Shown piece after piece: positions 17,920 to 27,506 of a stretch of DNA of 62,126 nucleotides. Position numbers and translations under genes: made by a program. Under the pieces are notes generated by a model that was given only the letters and a program-made list of their open reading frames with translations, was not told where the DNA came from and made no database searches. The stretch's first letter is position 1, and each line of letters opens with the position of its first letter. Origin of the DNA: a virus (taxonomy: Duplodnaviria; Caudoviricetes); IMG/VR virus record IMGVR_UViG_3300045996_000468, positions 1 through 62,126 of that record. One strand, written 5' to 3'.

Positions 17920-19431
17920 ATGACCGTCGCTTTCAATAACATTCCGGCGAACCTTCGCGTTCCGCTCTTCTATGCGGAAGTGAACGCAGGTCCGAACGCG
18001 TATCAAGGCCAGTCGCGCTTGCTTGTGATCGGGCAGACAACGTCCGGTGCAACGATGGCGGCGAACGCCGTGCAGCTTCTGTCCGATCAGCCGAACACGC
18101 TCGCGGGCTTGGGCTCGCAGCTTGCCGACGCGCTGGTGTATGCGCGGCAGAATAATCCGTTCGGTGAAATTTGGGCGGGCGCGCTCGCTGATCCGGCCGG
18201 CGTCGCGGCAACGCAGACGATCACGATCGGGGCCGGCATTCTCGGAAGCAGCGGCACCGTCGTCGTCTACGTCGCGGGCGAGCGCGTGGAATGCGCGGTT
18301 GCTTCGACCGATGCGAACACGACCGTTGCAACGAACCTCGCTGCCGCGATCAACGCGGGCTATACGAAGTTCGGCCGGCCGATGACGCATCCGATGCTGG
18401 CGTCGGTGGTTTCGAACGTCGTCACGCTGACTGCGCGCAACGTCGGCACGCTTGGAAACAAGATCGGCGTCGACAAGGATTTGGTTGGCGACGAAGGCAC
18501 GTTGCAGACTTACCTCACGATCGCGACCGGCGTCACCGGCACCGGCGTCCCGTCGCTGACGACGCTGCTTGCGAACTGCGGCGATATCGAATTCGACTGG
18601 ATCGCTGCACCGTATGCGGACAGCACGTCGCTGAACTCGATCAAGACGTTCCTCGATGAAATCTCGGGACGCTGGTCGCCGCTGAAGCAGCTTTATGGTC
18701 ACTACCTGACCGCGCTCTTCGATAGCTACGGCAATCTCACGACTGCCGGCGCTGCGCGCAACGATCCGAACGTGTCGATCATGGGCGTTGCGAATTCGCC
18801 TTCGCCGCCGTGGCGCTGGACCGGCGCGCTTGGCGGCGTCGTCTCGCGCTCGAAAAATCTCGGCAGCGAAGTTTCGCAGGCTGTCGAAATCAGCCGGCCG
18901 CTGCAAACGCTGCCGCTGGTCGGCATCCAGCCGCCGAAGGCCAAGACGGATTGGTTCGATATCACAACGCGCAACACGCTCTATCAGAACGGCATCGCGG
19001 GCTTCCGCGTCATGGCCGATCTGACGGTGTTGATCGATCGCGTCGTGACGACGTATCGGCTCAACTCGTTCTCGCAGCCCGATATCACGTGGCTCGACGT
19101 TGAGACGCGTGCACAGATGGTCTACTTCGTGCGCTACATGCGCCAGCGCATCACGCAGAAGTATGGCCGCCACGCGCTCGCCAACGAAAATCCGAACTCG
19201 CAACAGGGTTTGGTGACGCCGAAGATTTTGAAGGCGGAATGCGTTCACGCCTATCAAGAACTCGAAATGAACGGGCTCGTCGAAAACTCCGCGCTGTTCG
19301 CGGCGTCGCTGATCGTCGAACGTTCGAGCGATCCGAACCGGGTGAACGCTTATCTGCCGGTCGACGTTGTCAATCAGTTCCGCGTCTTTGCAGTGAACGC
19401 AACCACGTTCCTGCAATACGAAGCGGCTTGA
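17920..19431 (+). CDS. Tail sheath protein (Mu gpL-like)
   Basis: FNNIP.NLRVPLFYAEV, RPLQTL.L.G, RN.LY.NGI, VTP..LKAE, DPNRVN..LP.D.VNQ.RVFA. Confidence 0.96.
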   Translation: MTVAFNNIPANLRVPLFYAEVNAGPNAYQGQSRLLVIGQTTSGATMAANAVQLLSDQPNTLAGLGSQLADALVYARQNNPFGEIWAGALADPAGVAATQTITIGAGILGSSGTVVVYVAGERVECAVASTDANTTVATNLAAAINAGYTKFGRPMTHPMLASVVSNVVTLTARNVGTLGNKIGVDKDLVGDEGTLQTYLTIATGVTGTGVPSLTTLLANCGDIEFDWIAAPYADSTSLNSIKTFLDEISGRWSPLKQLYGHYLTALFDSYGNLTTAGAARNDPNVSIMGVANSPSPPWRWTGALGGVVSRSKNLGSEVSQAVEISRPLQTLPLVGIQPPKAKTDWFDITTRNTLYQNGIAGFRVMADLTVLIDRVVTTYRLNSFSQPDITWLDVETRAQMVYFVRYMRQRITQKYGRHALANENPNSQQGLVTPKILKAECVHAYQELEMNGLVENSALFAASLIVERSSDPNRVNAYLPVDVVNQFRVFAVNATTFLQYEAA

Positions 19432-19437
19432 TCACTG

Positions 19438-19460
19438 CGCGCGGCTTCGGCCGCGCGTTT
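19438..19460 (+). terminator. GC hairpin with TTCG loop between sheath and tube genes
   Basis: CGCGCGGC-ttcg-GCCGCGCG followed by TTT. Confidence 0.5.
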
Positions 19461-19492
19461 CACCTTGGGGCAATCTTTAACGGGGGAATTAC

Positions 19493-19876
19493 ATGCACAC
19501 CGCAGGCGGTCGCGTTCAGGTCACTATCGACGGGCGCACTTACAAGGCGCGCGGAGAAATCACGCTCGATCCATCGGGCATCGAAACCGAAGGCGCGGCC
19601 AATCAGGATGGCTCGATCTATCGCACTGTGAAGGCGAAGCCGCGAACGGCAGAAATGACGTTCGATCGCTTCGTCGACGACAACGGGCGTCCGCTGCAAT
19701 GGTCCGACAACATCATGTTGCTGGAAAACGTCGCCGCAACGTTCGTCGAAACCGATACCGGCGCAACGCATCTTCTGACCGGCGGTTTTTTCACCGGCTC
19801 GCCCAAGCACAACACGGCAACCGGCGAAGTCAGCGGTCTCGGGTTCGCGGCTGAGCGTTACAACACGATCAACTGA
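19493..19876 (+). CDS. Tail tube protein (Mu gpM-like)
   Basis: Follows sheath; GG.V.VTIDG...RG...N.DG pattern; 127 aa. Confidence 0.88.
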   Translation: MHTAGGRVQVTIDGRTYKARGEITLDPSGIETEGAANQDGSIYRTVKAKPRTAEMTFDRFVDDNGRPLQWSDNIMLLENVAATFVETDTGATHLLTGGFFTGSPKHNTATGEVSGLGFAAERYNTIN

Positions 19877-19878
19877 TC

Positions 19879-20271
19879 ATGGCAAAGCCGGGCAAAGGAT
19901 CGCGCGCGCTGCCTGACGCGCGCGGAGAGGCGACGGCGGCATCAACCGGCGATGCCGCCGTCGTCTCGACTAACAAGGGCTTCGAAGTTCGCGACGACGG
20001 CGCGCGCGTGCGCAAGCTGTCGAAGACGATCATGGGACACCAAGGGCCGATCAGCGAAATCGTGCTGCGGCGTCCAACCTATCGCGACTTTATGGATTTG
20101 GGCGATCCGAAGACGTTCATCGTCATCGAAGGCGGATGGGTGCCGCAACACGATCTGCAATTGATCGAGCGATATGTCGAAAGACTGAGCGGCATTCAAT
20201 CGCTGTTGCTCGTTCAGTGCGACTACACCGATGGCATCGCGTTGCGGGACGCAGTGCTGAGTTTTTTTTGA
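19879..20271 (+). CDS. Tail assembly chaperone
   Basis: L.K.I......LRRPT..D motif; ends SFF on a T8 slippery run. Confidence 0.85.
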   Translation: MAKPGKGSRALPDARGEATAASTGDAAVVSTNKGFEVRDDGARVRKLSKTIMGHQGPISEIVLRRPTYRDFMDLGDPKTFIVIEGGWVPQHDLQLIERYVERLSGIQSLLLVQCDYTDGIALRDAVLSFF

Positions 20272-20420
20272 GTAGCGAAGAGACGGAAGAGTGGCTTAAC
20301 GGCTGCGACTTTCTTCTGTTCTGGCTTGGGTGGACACCGCAAAGCGTCGAAGCGCTGACGATGCCCGACGTTGCGCACTACCTGACGCGCTACGTCGCGG
20401 CTAAGAAAAGGTGGAAGTGA
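20262..20420 (+). CDS. -1 frameshift extension of the tail assembly chaperone (gpGT/GpE-like)
   Basis: T TTT TTT at 20262-20268; the -1 frame reads DFLLFWLGWTPQSVEALTMPDVAHY up to the TMP start. Confidence 0.8.
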   Translation, partial: FFLSSEETEEWLNGCDFLLFWLGWTPQSVEALTMPDVAHYLTRYVAAKKRWK

Positions 20421-22300
20421 TGGCGACGACGATCGAAGCAAGGGCCATACTTTCAGCCGCCGACAAAACCGGCGGCGTTTTCGCAAACATCGCGCGCAAG
20501 GTCATGGGCATGAACGCCGCAGCCGCGCGCGCAAATCAAACCATGGTCGCGGGCGGCCGCGCGTCCGCGATCGCTGCCGGCGCGTCGCGCAGCGCAGCGA
20601 TGGCGAACGGCGCGGTTCTCGCCGCTGCCGGTCGCGTGCTTGCGCCGGCCGGTGCTGCGATGGCGGGCGGCAAGGCGCTCAAGAATTTTGCCGACGCCGA
20701 TCTTCGCGTGACGCGCATCGGCATCACGGCTGACGCTTCGGCGGAGCAAATCGCCAAGCTTCAGACGGGCCTTCGCATGTTGGGACGCGAAAGCGCACAC
20801 AGCTTCGGTGAAGTCGCGGGCGGCCTCGAAAGCCTTGTCGCGGGCGGCATGGATTTGAAAGACGCAATGAAGGCAATGCCCGCCATCACGAAGACGGCGC
20901 AGGCGGCCGGCGCTGAAGTGCACGACATTGCGTCGACGACGCTTGCGCTCAATCAGAACTTAGGCATCGCCACCGACAAGATGCAAAACGCTTTCGACAT
21001 TCTCGTCAAAGGCGGCAAGGAAGGAAAGTTCGAACTGAAAGACATGGCCGCGCACATGGCATCGATGGCACCGGCCGCCGTCGCCATCGGCATGAAAGGC
21101 GAGGAAGGATTGATGCGCCTTGTCGCCGCGCTGCAAACCGTGCGGCAGGGCAGCGGCAGCACTGAGGAAGCCGCGTCATCGATGCAAAACATCTTCGCCA
21201 AGATGGAAAGCGAAGAGACGACGAAAAAATTCAAAAAGTTCGGCATCGATCTGCGGAAGGAAATGGAGCAAGCCCGCAAAGAGGGGAAAGACTTGCTGCA
21301 AGTGTTCGTCGATCTATCGAACAAGGCGGTGAAAGGCGATCTGTCGAAGGTGCCGCAACTGTTCACCGACATGCAGCTTGCACGCGGCATGCGCGCGCTC
21401 ATGTCGTTCGGGGATTTGAACAAGCGGATTTTGGGAGAGTTGCGCAACAGCGCGGGATCGACCTCGAAGGATTTGAACAAGGTCTTGCAGACGCCGGCCA
21501 TGTCGATCAAGAAACTACAAACGGCATGGGACGATCTGACCGCATCGCTAGGTCACTTCATCGAAAAGCAGGGCAATGCCTCGAAGCTTTTGAAGACGGT
21601 TTCCGATCAAGTGCGCGGCCTCGCGGACGAAGGCTTGTCCGGATTGAACAAGCGTGTCGAAGAGCGCAACGCGCAAGTGCTGCGGGACATGCAGCTTGCC
21701 GGCATCAACAATCAACTGGCGTCGCTTTCCAAGCAGTCGCCCGCCGATCGCGAAGCGGCAATCGCGAAGTGGCGCATGGCGCATCCGGGGAAAGAACTGC
21801 CGCCGGGGCTTCGCGACAGCGGCGGCGCGCTGCGCATGCGCAAGTTCGATCTTGAGCAAGAAAGTCATTGGGCATCGTTTCGCGACATGCCGTCGCTCGA
21901 TGACGATATCGCGGCGCTTCGCGCTGAACGCAAAGCCGCTGAAGACGCGGTCAACAGCCTGCGCGACTACATCAACACGCATCATCCGCAGACGATGAAG
22001 ACGCGCAGCCCGTCCGGAAAGCTTCTGCCGACGCGCGATCCGCGCCGATCGTCGCTTGAAGACGCGGCGGCCGCGTCGCCCGTGCAATCGCTTGAAGTCA
22101 AGACGGAAGTGCATGGCGAAGTGAAGGGCGAAACGGCCGTCACCGTGAAGGTCGAAGCGACAAACGAATTCATGCGCGTTGTCAACGAAGCGAAGGCCGT
22201 CGCGGCGATGGCGGGGCAAATTCGCGGCAACGGCTCGGGCTCGACCGGGCGATCGTCGCCTGATGCCGCGCCGTCGCTTGGCAGCATGGGAGCGCCGTAA
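20420..22300 (+). CDS. Tape measure protein
   Basis: A.DKTG start, GKEGKFELKDMA motif, helical Ala-rich; follows the chaperones. Confidence 0.93.
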   Translation: MATTIEARAILSAADKTGGVFANIARKVMGMNAAAARANQTMVAGGRASAIAAGASRSAAMANGAVLAAAGRVLAPAGAAMAGGKALKNFADADLRVTRIGITADASAEQIAKLQTGLRMLGRESAHSFGEVAGGLESLVAGGMDLKDAMKAMPAITKTAQAAGAEVHDIASTTLALNQNLGIATDKMQNAFDILVKGGKEGKFELKDMAAHMASMAPAAVAIGMKGEEGLMRLVAALQTVRQGSGSTEEAASSMQNIFAKMESEETTKKFKKFGIDLRKEMEQARKEGKDLLQVFVDLSNKAVKGDLSKVPQLFTDMQLARGMRALMSFGDLNKRILGELRNSAGSTSKDLNKVLQTPAMSIKKLQTAWDDLTASLGHFIEKQGNASKLLKTVSDQVRGLADEGLSGLNKRVEERNAQVLRDMQLAGINNQLASLSKQSPADREAAIAKWRMAHPGKELPPGLRDSGGALRMRKFDLEQESHWASFRDMPSLDDDIAALRAERKAAEDAVNSLRDYINTHHPQTMKTRSPSGKLLPTRDPRRSSLEDAAAASPVQSLEVKTEVHGEVKGETAVTVKVEATNEFMRVVNEAKAVAAMAGQIRGNGSGSTGRSSPDAAPSLGSMGAP

Positions 22301-22302
22301 GC

Positions 22303-23520
22303 ATGGCAACCGCGCGCGACTGGACGAAGACACTTTTCGCGGCGTCTTACAAAGGCGTCGCGTTTCGCGTTGAGCGCGACACCGAAGGCGGATCACGCCG
22401 CATCGTTGAACATGAATTTCCGAACCGCGACGTTCCGTTTCTCGAAGACTTGGGCGAAGGCGTTCGTCACTATGAAGTGACGGCATACGTTGCTTCGAAT
22501 GAGGCGGACAGCGAGGCGGCCGCCGTCATGTCGATCTGCGCACAGCGCGGGCCGGGCGTGCTTGTGCTGCCGATGAATGGTCCCGTCGTCGTGCGCTGTC
22601 TGGACTTCCGGCGCAACTTCGACAAAGACAAAATGGGCTATAGCGCGATCGAACTGAAGTTCACGCGCGAAGGATTTAGCGGCGCGCTCGCGACCGTCTC
22701 GTCGCTGGCGAACCTGATCTATGTGCAGACGGAAGCCGCCGTCGACGCAATCGCGGCGATCTTCGTGCGCAATACGGAAGTTCGCAACGTTCCCGACTAT
22801 GTCGCGCAGGCTGTCACCGATGGCGCGCAGACGGCGCTTTCGACGTTCGAAGCGGTGCGCACGTCGCGCGCGATCGACGTGACCGTGAGCGCGACGCAAC
22901 GCGATGTGATCGCGGCGACATTCGACGACGTGCCGGCGATCGTCGCCAGCGAAGACACCGAACAGCTTGCAGAACTTGCGTCGACAATCGTCACGATCGC
23001 AACCGATCTGGCGGCGGGCATGGAAGCGAGCGTTGCCGTTGCCGCGTTCGAAGAAATCATCACGTCGGTTGCTGCGAGCGTTGATGCTACAGTCGGCTCG
23101 CAGTGGCAAACGTCAGTCGCGCGCAATCGCAATGCGTCGAACACGCTTCTGCGGCTGGCGGCGTTCGCGGCTTACTGCGAAGCGATCGAGCGGCTTTCGA
23201 TCTTCGATCGGCAGACGGGCATCACGTTGCGGGCGAACGTTGCCGAATACTTCGACGAACAGCTTCAGGCGATGCCGGCCGACGATTATGAAATTTATGT
23301 GCCGGTCACGCGCATGCGCGACGCCGTGATCGATTATCTTTCGCGCGCGATCACGACGCTTGTGCCATCGGTGCAAGTCGAAGCCAGCGCTTCAATGCCG
23401 TCGCTCTATTGGGCATGGCGTCTGTACGCCGATCCGAACCGCACCGACGAACTTGTGTCGCGCAATCGCGTCGTGCATCCGTCTTTCATGCCCACGTCAT
23501 TCGACGCGCTCGCGGAGTGA
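22303..23520 (+). CDS. DNA circularisation / tail protein (Mu gpN-like)
   Basis: ASYKGV.F.V...HEFP.RD.P..EDLG; C-term PSL..A.RLY.D..R..ELV.RN.V.HP.FMP. Confidence 0.92.
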   Translation: MATARDWTKTLFAASYKGVAFRVERDTEGGSRRIVEHEFPNRDVPFLEDLGEGVRHYEVTAYVASNEADSEAAAVMSICAQRGPGVLVLPMNGPVVVRCLDFRRNFDKDKMGYSAIELKFTREGFSGALATVSSLANLIYVQTEAAVDAIAAIFVRNTEVRNVPDYVAQAVTDGAQTALSTFEAVRTSRAIDVTVSATQRDVIAATFDDVPAIVASEDTEQLAELASTIVTIATDLAAGMEASVAVAAFEEIITSVAASVDATVGSQWQTSVARNRNASNTLLRLAAFAAYCEAIERLSIFDRQTGITLRANVAEYFDEQLQAMPADDYEIYVPVTRMRDAVIDYLSRAITTLVPSVQVEASASMPSLYWAWRLYADPNRTDELVSRNRVVHPSFMPTSFDALAE

Positions 23521-23523
23521 TGC

Positions 23524-24582
23524 ATGGGTCCGGAAATCGTCACGGTCAGCGTCGGCGGGGTCAACTACACGGCCTTTAAGCACATGACGGTGAATGCCGC
23601 ATTCAACGAAGCGGCGCGCGACTTCTATCTCGAAATTGCGTGCGAACTTGGAGCGTCGGCAACGAACCGCATCTTTCGCACGGGCGCGAAGGTCACGATC
23701 AGTTCGAACGGCAGCCTGTTGCTGACCGGCTTCGTCGATCGCAAGCAGCCTGAGATTGACGACAAGATGGCGCTGATCAAAGTGTCTGGCCGATCGAACT
23801 CGGCCGATCTTGTCGACAGCACGGCGAAGCATCAAACCGGCCGGTTCAAAAACAAGACGCCGCTGGAAATCGGCAACGAAGTCTCGACCGGCATCGGCGC
23901 GAAGTTCACGACTGACACGCAGCTTGAGAAGATCGAGCAATACCAATTGCAGCCGGGCGAGAGTTGTTTTCGCTGCGTTGAAAAGATGGCGCGCCTTCAG
24001 GGCAAGACGATCACCGGCACGGCAGACGGCAACGCGAAGATCACCAAGGCGAGCGGTCAGCGTCACGCCGGCATGCTGCTCGAAGGCGGCAACATTCTCA
24101 AAGGTCAAAGCGATCACAACGACAGCAACCGTCATAGTGAAATCACGGTCAAAGGTCAGCGGCCTTATGGGCACGGCACCGATAATCTGGAAATCAACGC
24201 GAAGGCGCGCGACAGCAGCATCAGCCGTCATCGCCCGTTCGAAATCATTCTCGACAGCGACACGACGAAGGAAGTCGCAAAGAAGCGCGCCAAGACGCGG
24301 CGCGATCGCGCGGCCGGCCACGCGCTGAAGGCGACGATCGTCGTGCAGGGCTTTCGTGATGATGGCGGCGCGGTGTGGGAGCCCGGCCACTTGATTTACA
24401 CCGAAAGCGCGACGCTCGATATCTCGCAAGACATGCTGATCGAAAAGGCGTCGTTCAAGCAGGACGACAAGGGAAGCGTGACGACGCTCAATCTGACCGA
24501 TCCGCGCGCCTATGACGGCAAGGCGGGCAAGGGCAACAAATCGGGCAGCGAGTGGAACGTCGACACAAGCGAGGCGGAATAG
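23524..24582 (+). CDS. Baseplate hub protein (Mu gp44/gpP-like)
   Basis: LLTGFVD, GRS..ADLVDS, QPGES.F, W.PG motifs. Confidence 0.92.
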   Translation: MGPEIVTVSVGGVNYTAFKHMTVNAAFNEAARDFYLEIACELGASATNRIFRTGAKVTISSNGSLLLTGFVDRKQPEIDDKMALIKVSGRSNSADLVDSTAKHQTGRFKNKTPLEIGNEVSTGIGAKFTTDTQLEKIEQYQLQPGESCFRCVEKMARLQGKTITGTADGNAKITKASGQRHAGMLLEGGNILKGQSDHNDSNRHSEITVKGQRPYGHGTDNLEINAKARDSSISRHRPFEIILDSDTTKEVAKKRAKTRRDRAAGHALKATIVVQGFRDDGGAVWEPGHLIYTESATLDISQDMLIEKASFKQDDKGSVTTLNLTDPRAYDGKAGKGNKSGSEWNVDTSEAE

Positions 24583-25128
24583 ATGCAATGGGAACATGAC
24601 GACGCGGTGCGCGCTGTTCTCCGTCGCTTCCGCGTTCTGGAAACCGACGACAGCGGCACGCAGCAAAAGACGAAACTCGCCGGCTTGAAGAATGAGCGGC
24701 CGGAAGAAATCGTCCGCATCCAAGGTCACGGCATCACATCGCACGCGCCGAAGGAAAGCGAAGGCGTCGGCATTCCGTTGGGCGGCCGCGCCGATCGGCT
24801 CATGATCTTGGGGCTGGAACATAAGGACAAGCGGCCGAAAAATCTGCCGGAAGGTGGCGTCGCGCTCTATGACGCGGACGGCAAGGTTTTGAAGATCGTC
24901 AAAGACAACACGACATGGAACGCCGGGGACAAGCCTTGGGAGTTGACCAATGCAACCACGGTAAAAATCAACGCCGCGAACGATTTGGCTATCGGTGTCA
25001 ACGGTCGCTGGATTAGAGTGCGGCCGGGGCGTGTTGATTTGGGCATCACTTCACCGACAGGCACGGCACCGCATGGTGTCGAAACGGCGGGCGGGACTTC
25101 GGCAATCGTCTTTGCGGTTGTCAGCTAA
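24583..25128 (+). CDS. Baseplate spike (Mu gp45-like)
   Basis: Q..G.TS, LGG, RP.NL.EG.VALYD motifs. Confidence 0.9.
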   Translation: MQWEHDDAVRAVLRRFRVLETDDSGTQQKTKLAGLKNERPEEIVRIQGHGITSHAPKESEGVGIPLGGRADRLMILGLEHKDKRPKNLPEGGVALYDADGKVLKIVKDNTTWNAGDKPWELTNATTVKINAANDLAIGVNGRWIRVRPGRVDLGITSPTGTAPHGVETAGGTSAIVFAVVS

Positions 25129-25152
25129 AGCGGCACAGGGGCGGGGGCTTAC

Positions 25153-25731
25153 GTGCTACGGGTTCGAATAAATGAGGGCGCAAGCCCGCAACCAAATCTG
25201 TTGTGGGACAGCATTTGGAAACCATGGGACGGCGTCGCTGATTGGGCGATCGCTGATGCCGACGAACCGCAAAATCGCGGCGGCCTTCGCGCGAAGGCTG
25301 CGCTTCATACCGCAATCATCATTTGCCTGTTCACTGATCGGCGCATGCCGAAGACGCATCCGCTTTACAAGTTCGTCGACGACGGCGATCAACGCGGCTG
25401 GTGGGGCGACGGCGAAGACGTGCGCGACGATCTGCACGAAACCGAACTCGGCTCGTATCTGTGGGTTCTGGAACGCGCGACGCTCACGGAAGAGGTTCGT
25501 CGCTATGTCGAAATCTTCGCGATCGAGGCGCTGTCAACGCTGATCAGTCAAGGCGTCTGCGCGCGGATCGAGGCGCAAGCCGTGGCGCAATTCGCAATCA
25601 ACCGCTGTGATCTGAGCGTTCAGCTTTACGCGCGCGACGGCACGCTCGCTGTCGACGTGCGCTTCGATGATCTGTGGAAACAATCGCTAACGTCGCCCAA
25701 GCCCGAACGCTTCCCGACGACGCCGCCATAA
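25153..25731 (+). CDS. Baseplate protein (Mu gp46-like)
   Basis: L.TAIII.LFTD.R...RGWWGD...LGS.LW.L.R. Confidence 0.92.
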   Translation: MLRVRINEGASPQPNLLWDSIWKPWDGVADWAIADADEPQNRGGLRAKAALHTAIIICLFTDRRMPKTHPLYKFVDDGDQRGWWGDGEDVRDDLHETELGSYLWVLERATLTEEVRRYVEIFAIEALSTLISQGVCARIEAQAVAQFAINRCDLSVQLYARDGTLAVDVRFDDLWKQSLTSPKPERFPTTPP

Positions 25732-25743
25732 GGACCGCACGCG

Positions 25744-26871
25744 ATGTATGTACTACCGGACCTCAAAGAACTTTTACAGCGCACGCGGGTCGCGTTCCGA
25801 ACGCATCTTGCCGGCAGCGATGCTTGGCTGTGGCCGAACAATATCTTTGTCTCGGCAAAGGTCATCGCCGGCAAGACGTTCGAACTGTTCGGCTTCGCAG
25901 CCTACATTCAAAAGCAAATCTTCGTTCACACGTCGCCCGATATCGAAAGCCTGACGCTGCACGGCAACGAATTCGGCATCACGCGCAAGCCTGCCGCGCC
26001 GGCTGAAGGCGATATCATCTTCACGTCGACGGAAGACTTGATCGTTGCCGATGCTGCGGTTCTGCGGCGGACGGACGGCGTTGAATATCGCGTCGTTTCG
26101 GGTGGCACGCGATCGGGCGCGGGCACGTTGACCGTGAGCGCGATCTGCACGACGGACGGCATCACCGGCAATCTCGAAGCGGGAGCTTCGCTCGAAATCA
26201 TTTCCGGTGTGACCGGCGATGCAACGGCCGTTGTCGCGACGGGCGGCTTCGTGCTTGGCGTCGACGTGGAAGACATGGAAAGTTTTCGGCAGCGAATTCT
26301 TTTCCGCAAGCGCAATCCGCCGCACGGTGGCGCGCCGGCCGACTATGTCATGTGGGCCGGGCAAGTTGCCGGCGTGTCGTTTCGTGAAGATGGCGAACCG
26401 ACCGTTTTCGTTGAGCGCTTATGGGATGGTCCCGGCAGCGTTCGCGTGTTCCCGCTGATGTACGATCTTTACAGCGACGGCATTCCGTTGGCGGCCGACG
26501 TTGAGCGCGTCGAAGATTATCTTGCGACCGTGCAGCCGGCGGGCGCTGCGGTCACGGTTGCCGCGCCGGTTGCCGTGCCTGTTGCGATCGTCATCAACGG
26601 CATGGAGCCCGATACGCCAGCGGTGCGCGAGCAAGTGGAATTGGAATTGCGCGACGCGTTCAAGCGGCTGTCGCGCGTCGCCGGCAGCGACGCCAACTTC
26701 GGATCAATGCCCTATCTCGCATACCCGACGACGTTCTCGACCTCATGGATTTGGCAGGCGGTTGCCAACGCGAGCGGTGAAGAGCGTCACACGATATCTG
26801 CGCCGGCCGCCGACATTGCGCTCACGGCCGGGCAGATCGCGACGTTCGGCACGCTGACGTTCAACCCGTAA
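25744..26871 (+). CDS. Baseplate J-like wedge protein (Mu gp47)
   Basis: G..GN...G, E..E.FR.RIL...RNPP.GG...DY..WA..V.GV, G.G.V.V motifs. Confidence 0.93.
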   Translation: MYVLPDLKELLQRTRVAFRTHLAGSDAWLWPNNIFVSAKVIAGKTFELFGFAAYIQKQIFVHTSPDIESLTLHGNEFGITRKPAAPAEGDIIFTSTEDLIVADAAVLRRTDGVEYRVVSGGTRSGAGTLTVSAICTTDGITGNLEAGASLEIISGVTGDATAVVATGGFVLGVDVEDMESFRQRILFRKRNPPHGGAPADYVMWAGQVAGVSFREDGEPTVFVERLWDGPGSVRVFPLMYDLYSDGIPLAADVERVEDYLATVQPAGAAVTVAAPVAVPVAIVINGMEPDTPAVREQVELELRDAFKRLSRVAGSDANFGSMPYLAYPTTFSTSWIWQAVANASGEERHTISAPAADIALTAGQIATFGTLTFNP

Positions 26872-26882
26872 GAGGCGAAGGA

Positions 26883-27503
26883 ATGTTCTGCCCGACGATC
26901 GAACAAACTCTAGACGCGGTGCTGAAGTTGCTGCCGCGCGGTCGCGCGTGGCAGACGAACGAAGGCTTGCCGAAGTCGCCTAGCATTCTGTGGCAGTTCT
27001 GGCGCGCCTATGCGGACGTTGCGCAATTCTTCGTCGATACGATCTGCGCGCTTCGATTGGAATTCTGGTGTTCAACGCACAGCCAGACGCATCCCGAATG
27101 GCTGATCGAGTATGGCTTGCCCGATGCGTGCGATCCGTTTCCTGATCTATGCACGAAGGTCGCGGCGATCGGCGGCACGCGCTGCGAATACTATCAAGAG
27201 ATTGCCGCGCGCATGGGCTGGTCGATCATCTGCGAAGACGCGCGCGTGTCGTGCGGAAGTCGCGCCGGCTGTTCGCGCGCAGGCGTCGCGCGCACGGGCT
27301 CGACACAAAATCATGCAGCGCTGCGCATCGTCGTGCTGATCGATGAAAGCGAAGCGCTCGATCAGAATTATCGGAAGGTGCCGCGCGCTGGTCGCATGCG
27401 TTCAGGAACGCAAAGCGGCTGCGGCCCGAACTTCTCCGATCTGAAGTGCATCCTGACGCGCGTCATTCACGCGGAAATTCTCACCATCTATGAGGGGCGG
27501 TAA
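26883..27503 (+). CDS. Baseplate wedge protein (Mu gp48/DUF2313-like)
   Basis: LLP.G.AW, EW..EYGLPD.C, C.L....AE motifs. Confidence 0.88.
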   Translation: MFCPTIEQTLDAVLKLLPRGRAWQTNEGLPKSPSILWQFWRAYADVAQFFVDTICALRLEFWCSTHSQTHPEWLIEYGLPDACDPFPDLCTKVAAIGGTRCEYYQEIAARMGWSIICEDARVSCGSRAGCSRAGVARTGSTQNHAALRIVVLIDESEALDQNYRKVPRAGRMRSGTQSGCGPNFSDLKCILTRVIHAEILTIYEGR

Positions 27504-27506
27504 ACT

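Noticed and set aside
15366-24822. Long antisense ORFs (15366-17153, 17890-19416, 21548-22486, 23497-24822)
   Set aside because: Shadow ORFs opposite well-supported structural genes in a high-GC genome; Arg-rich with no motifs.
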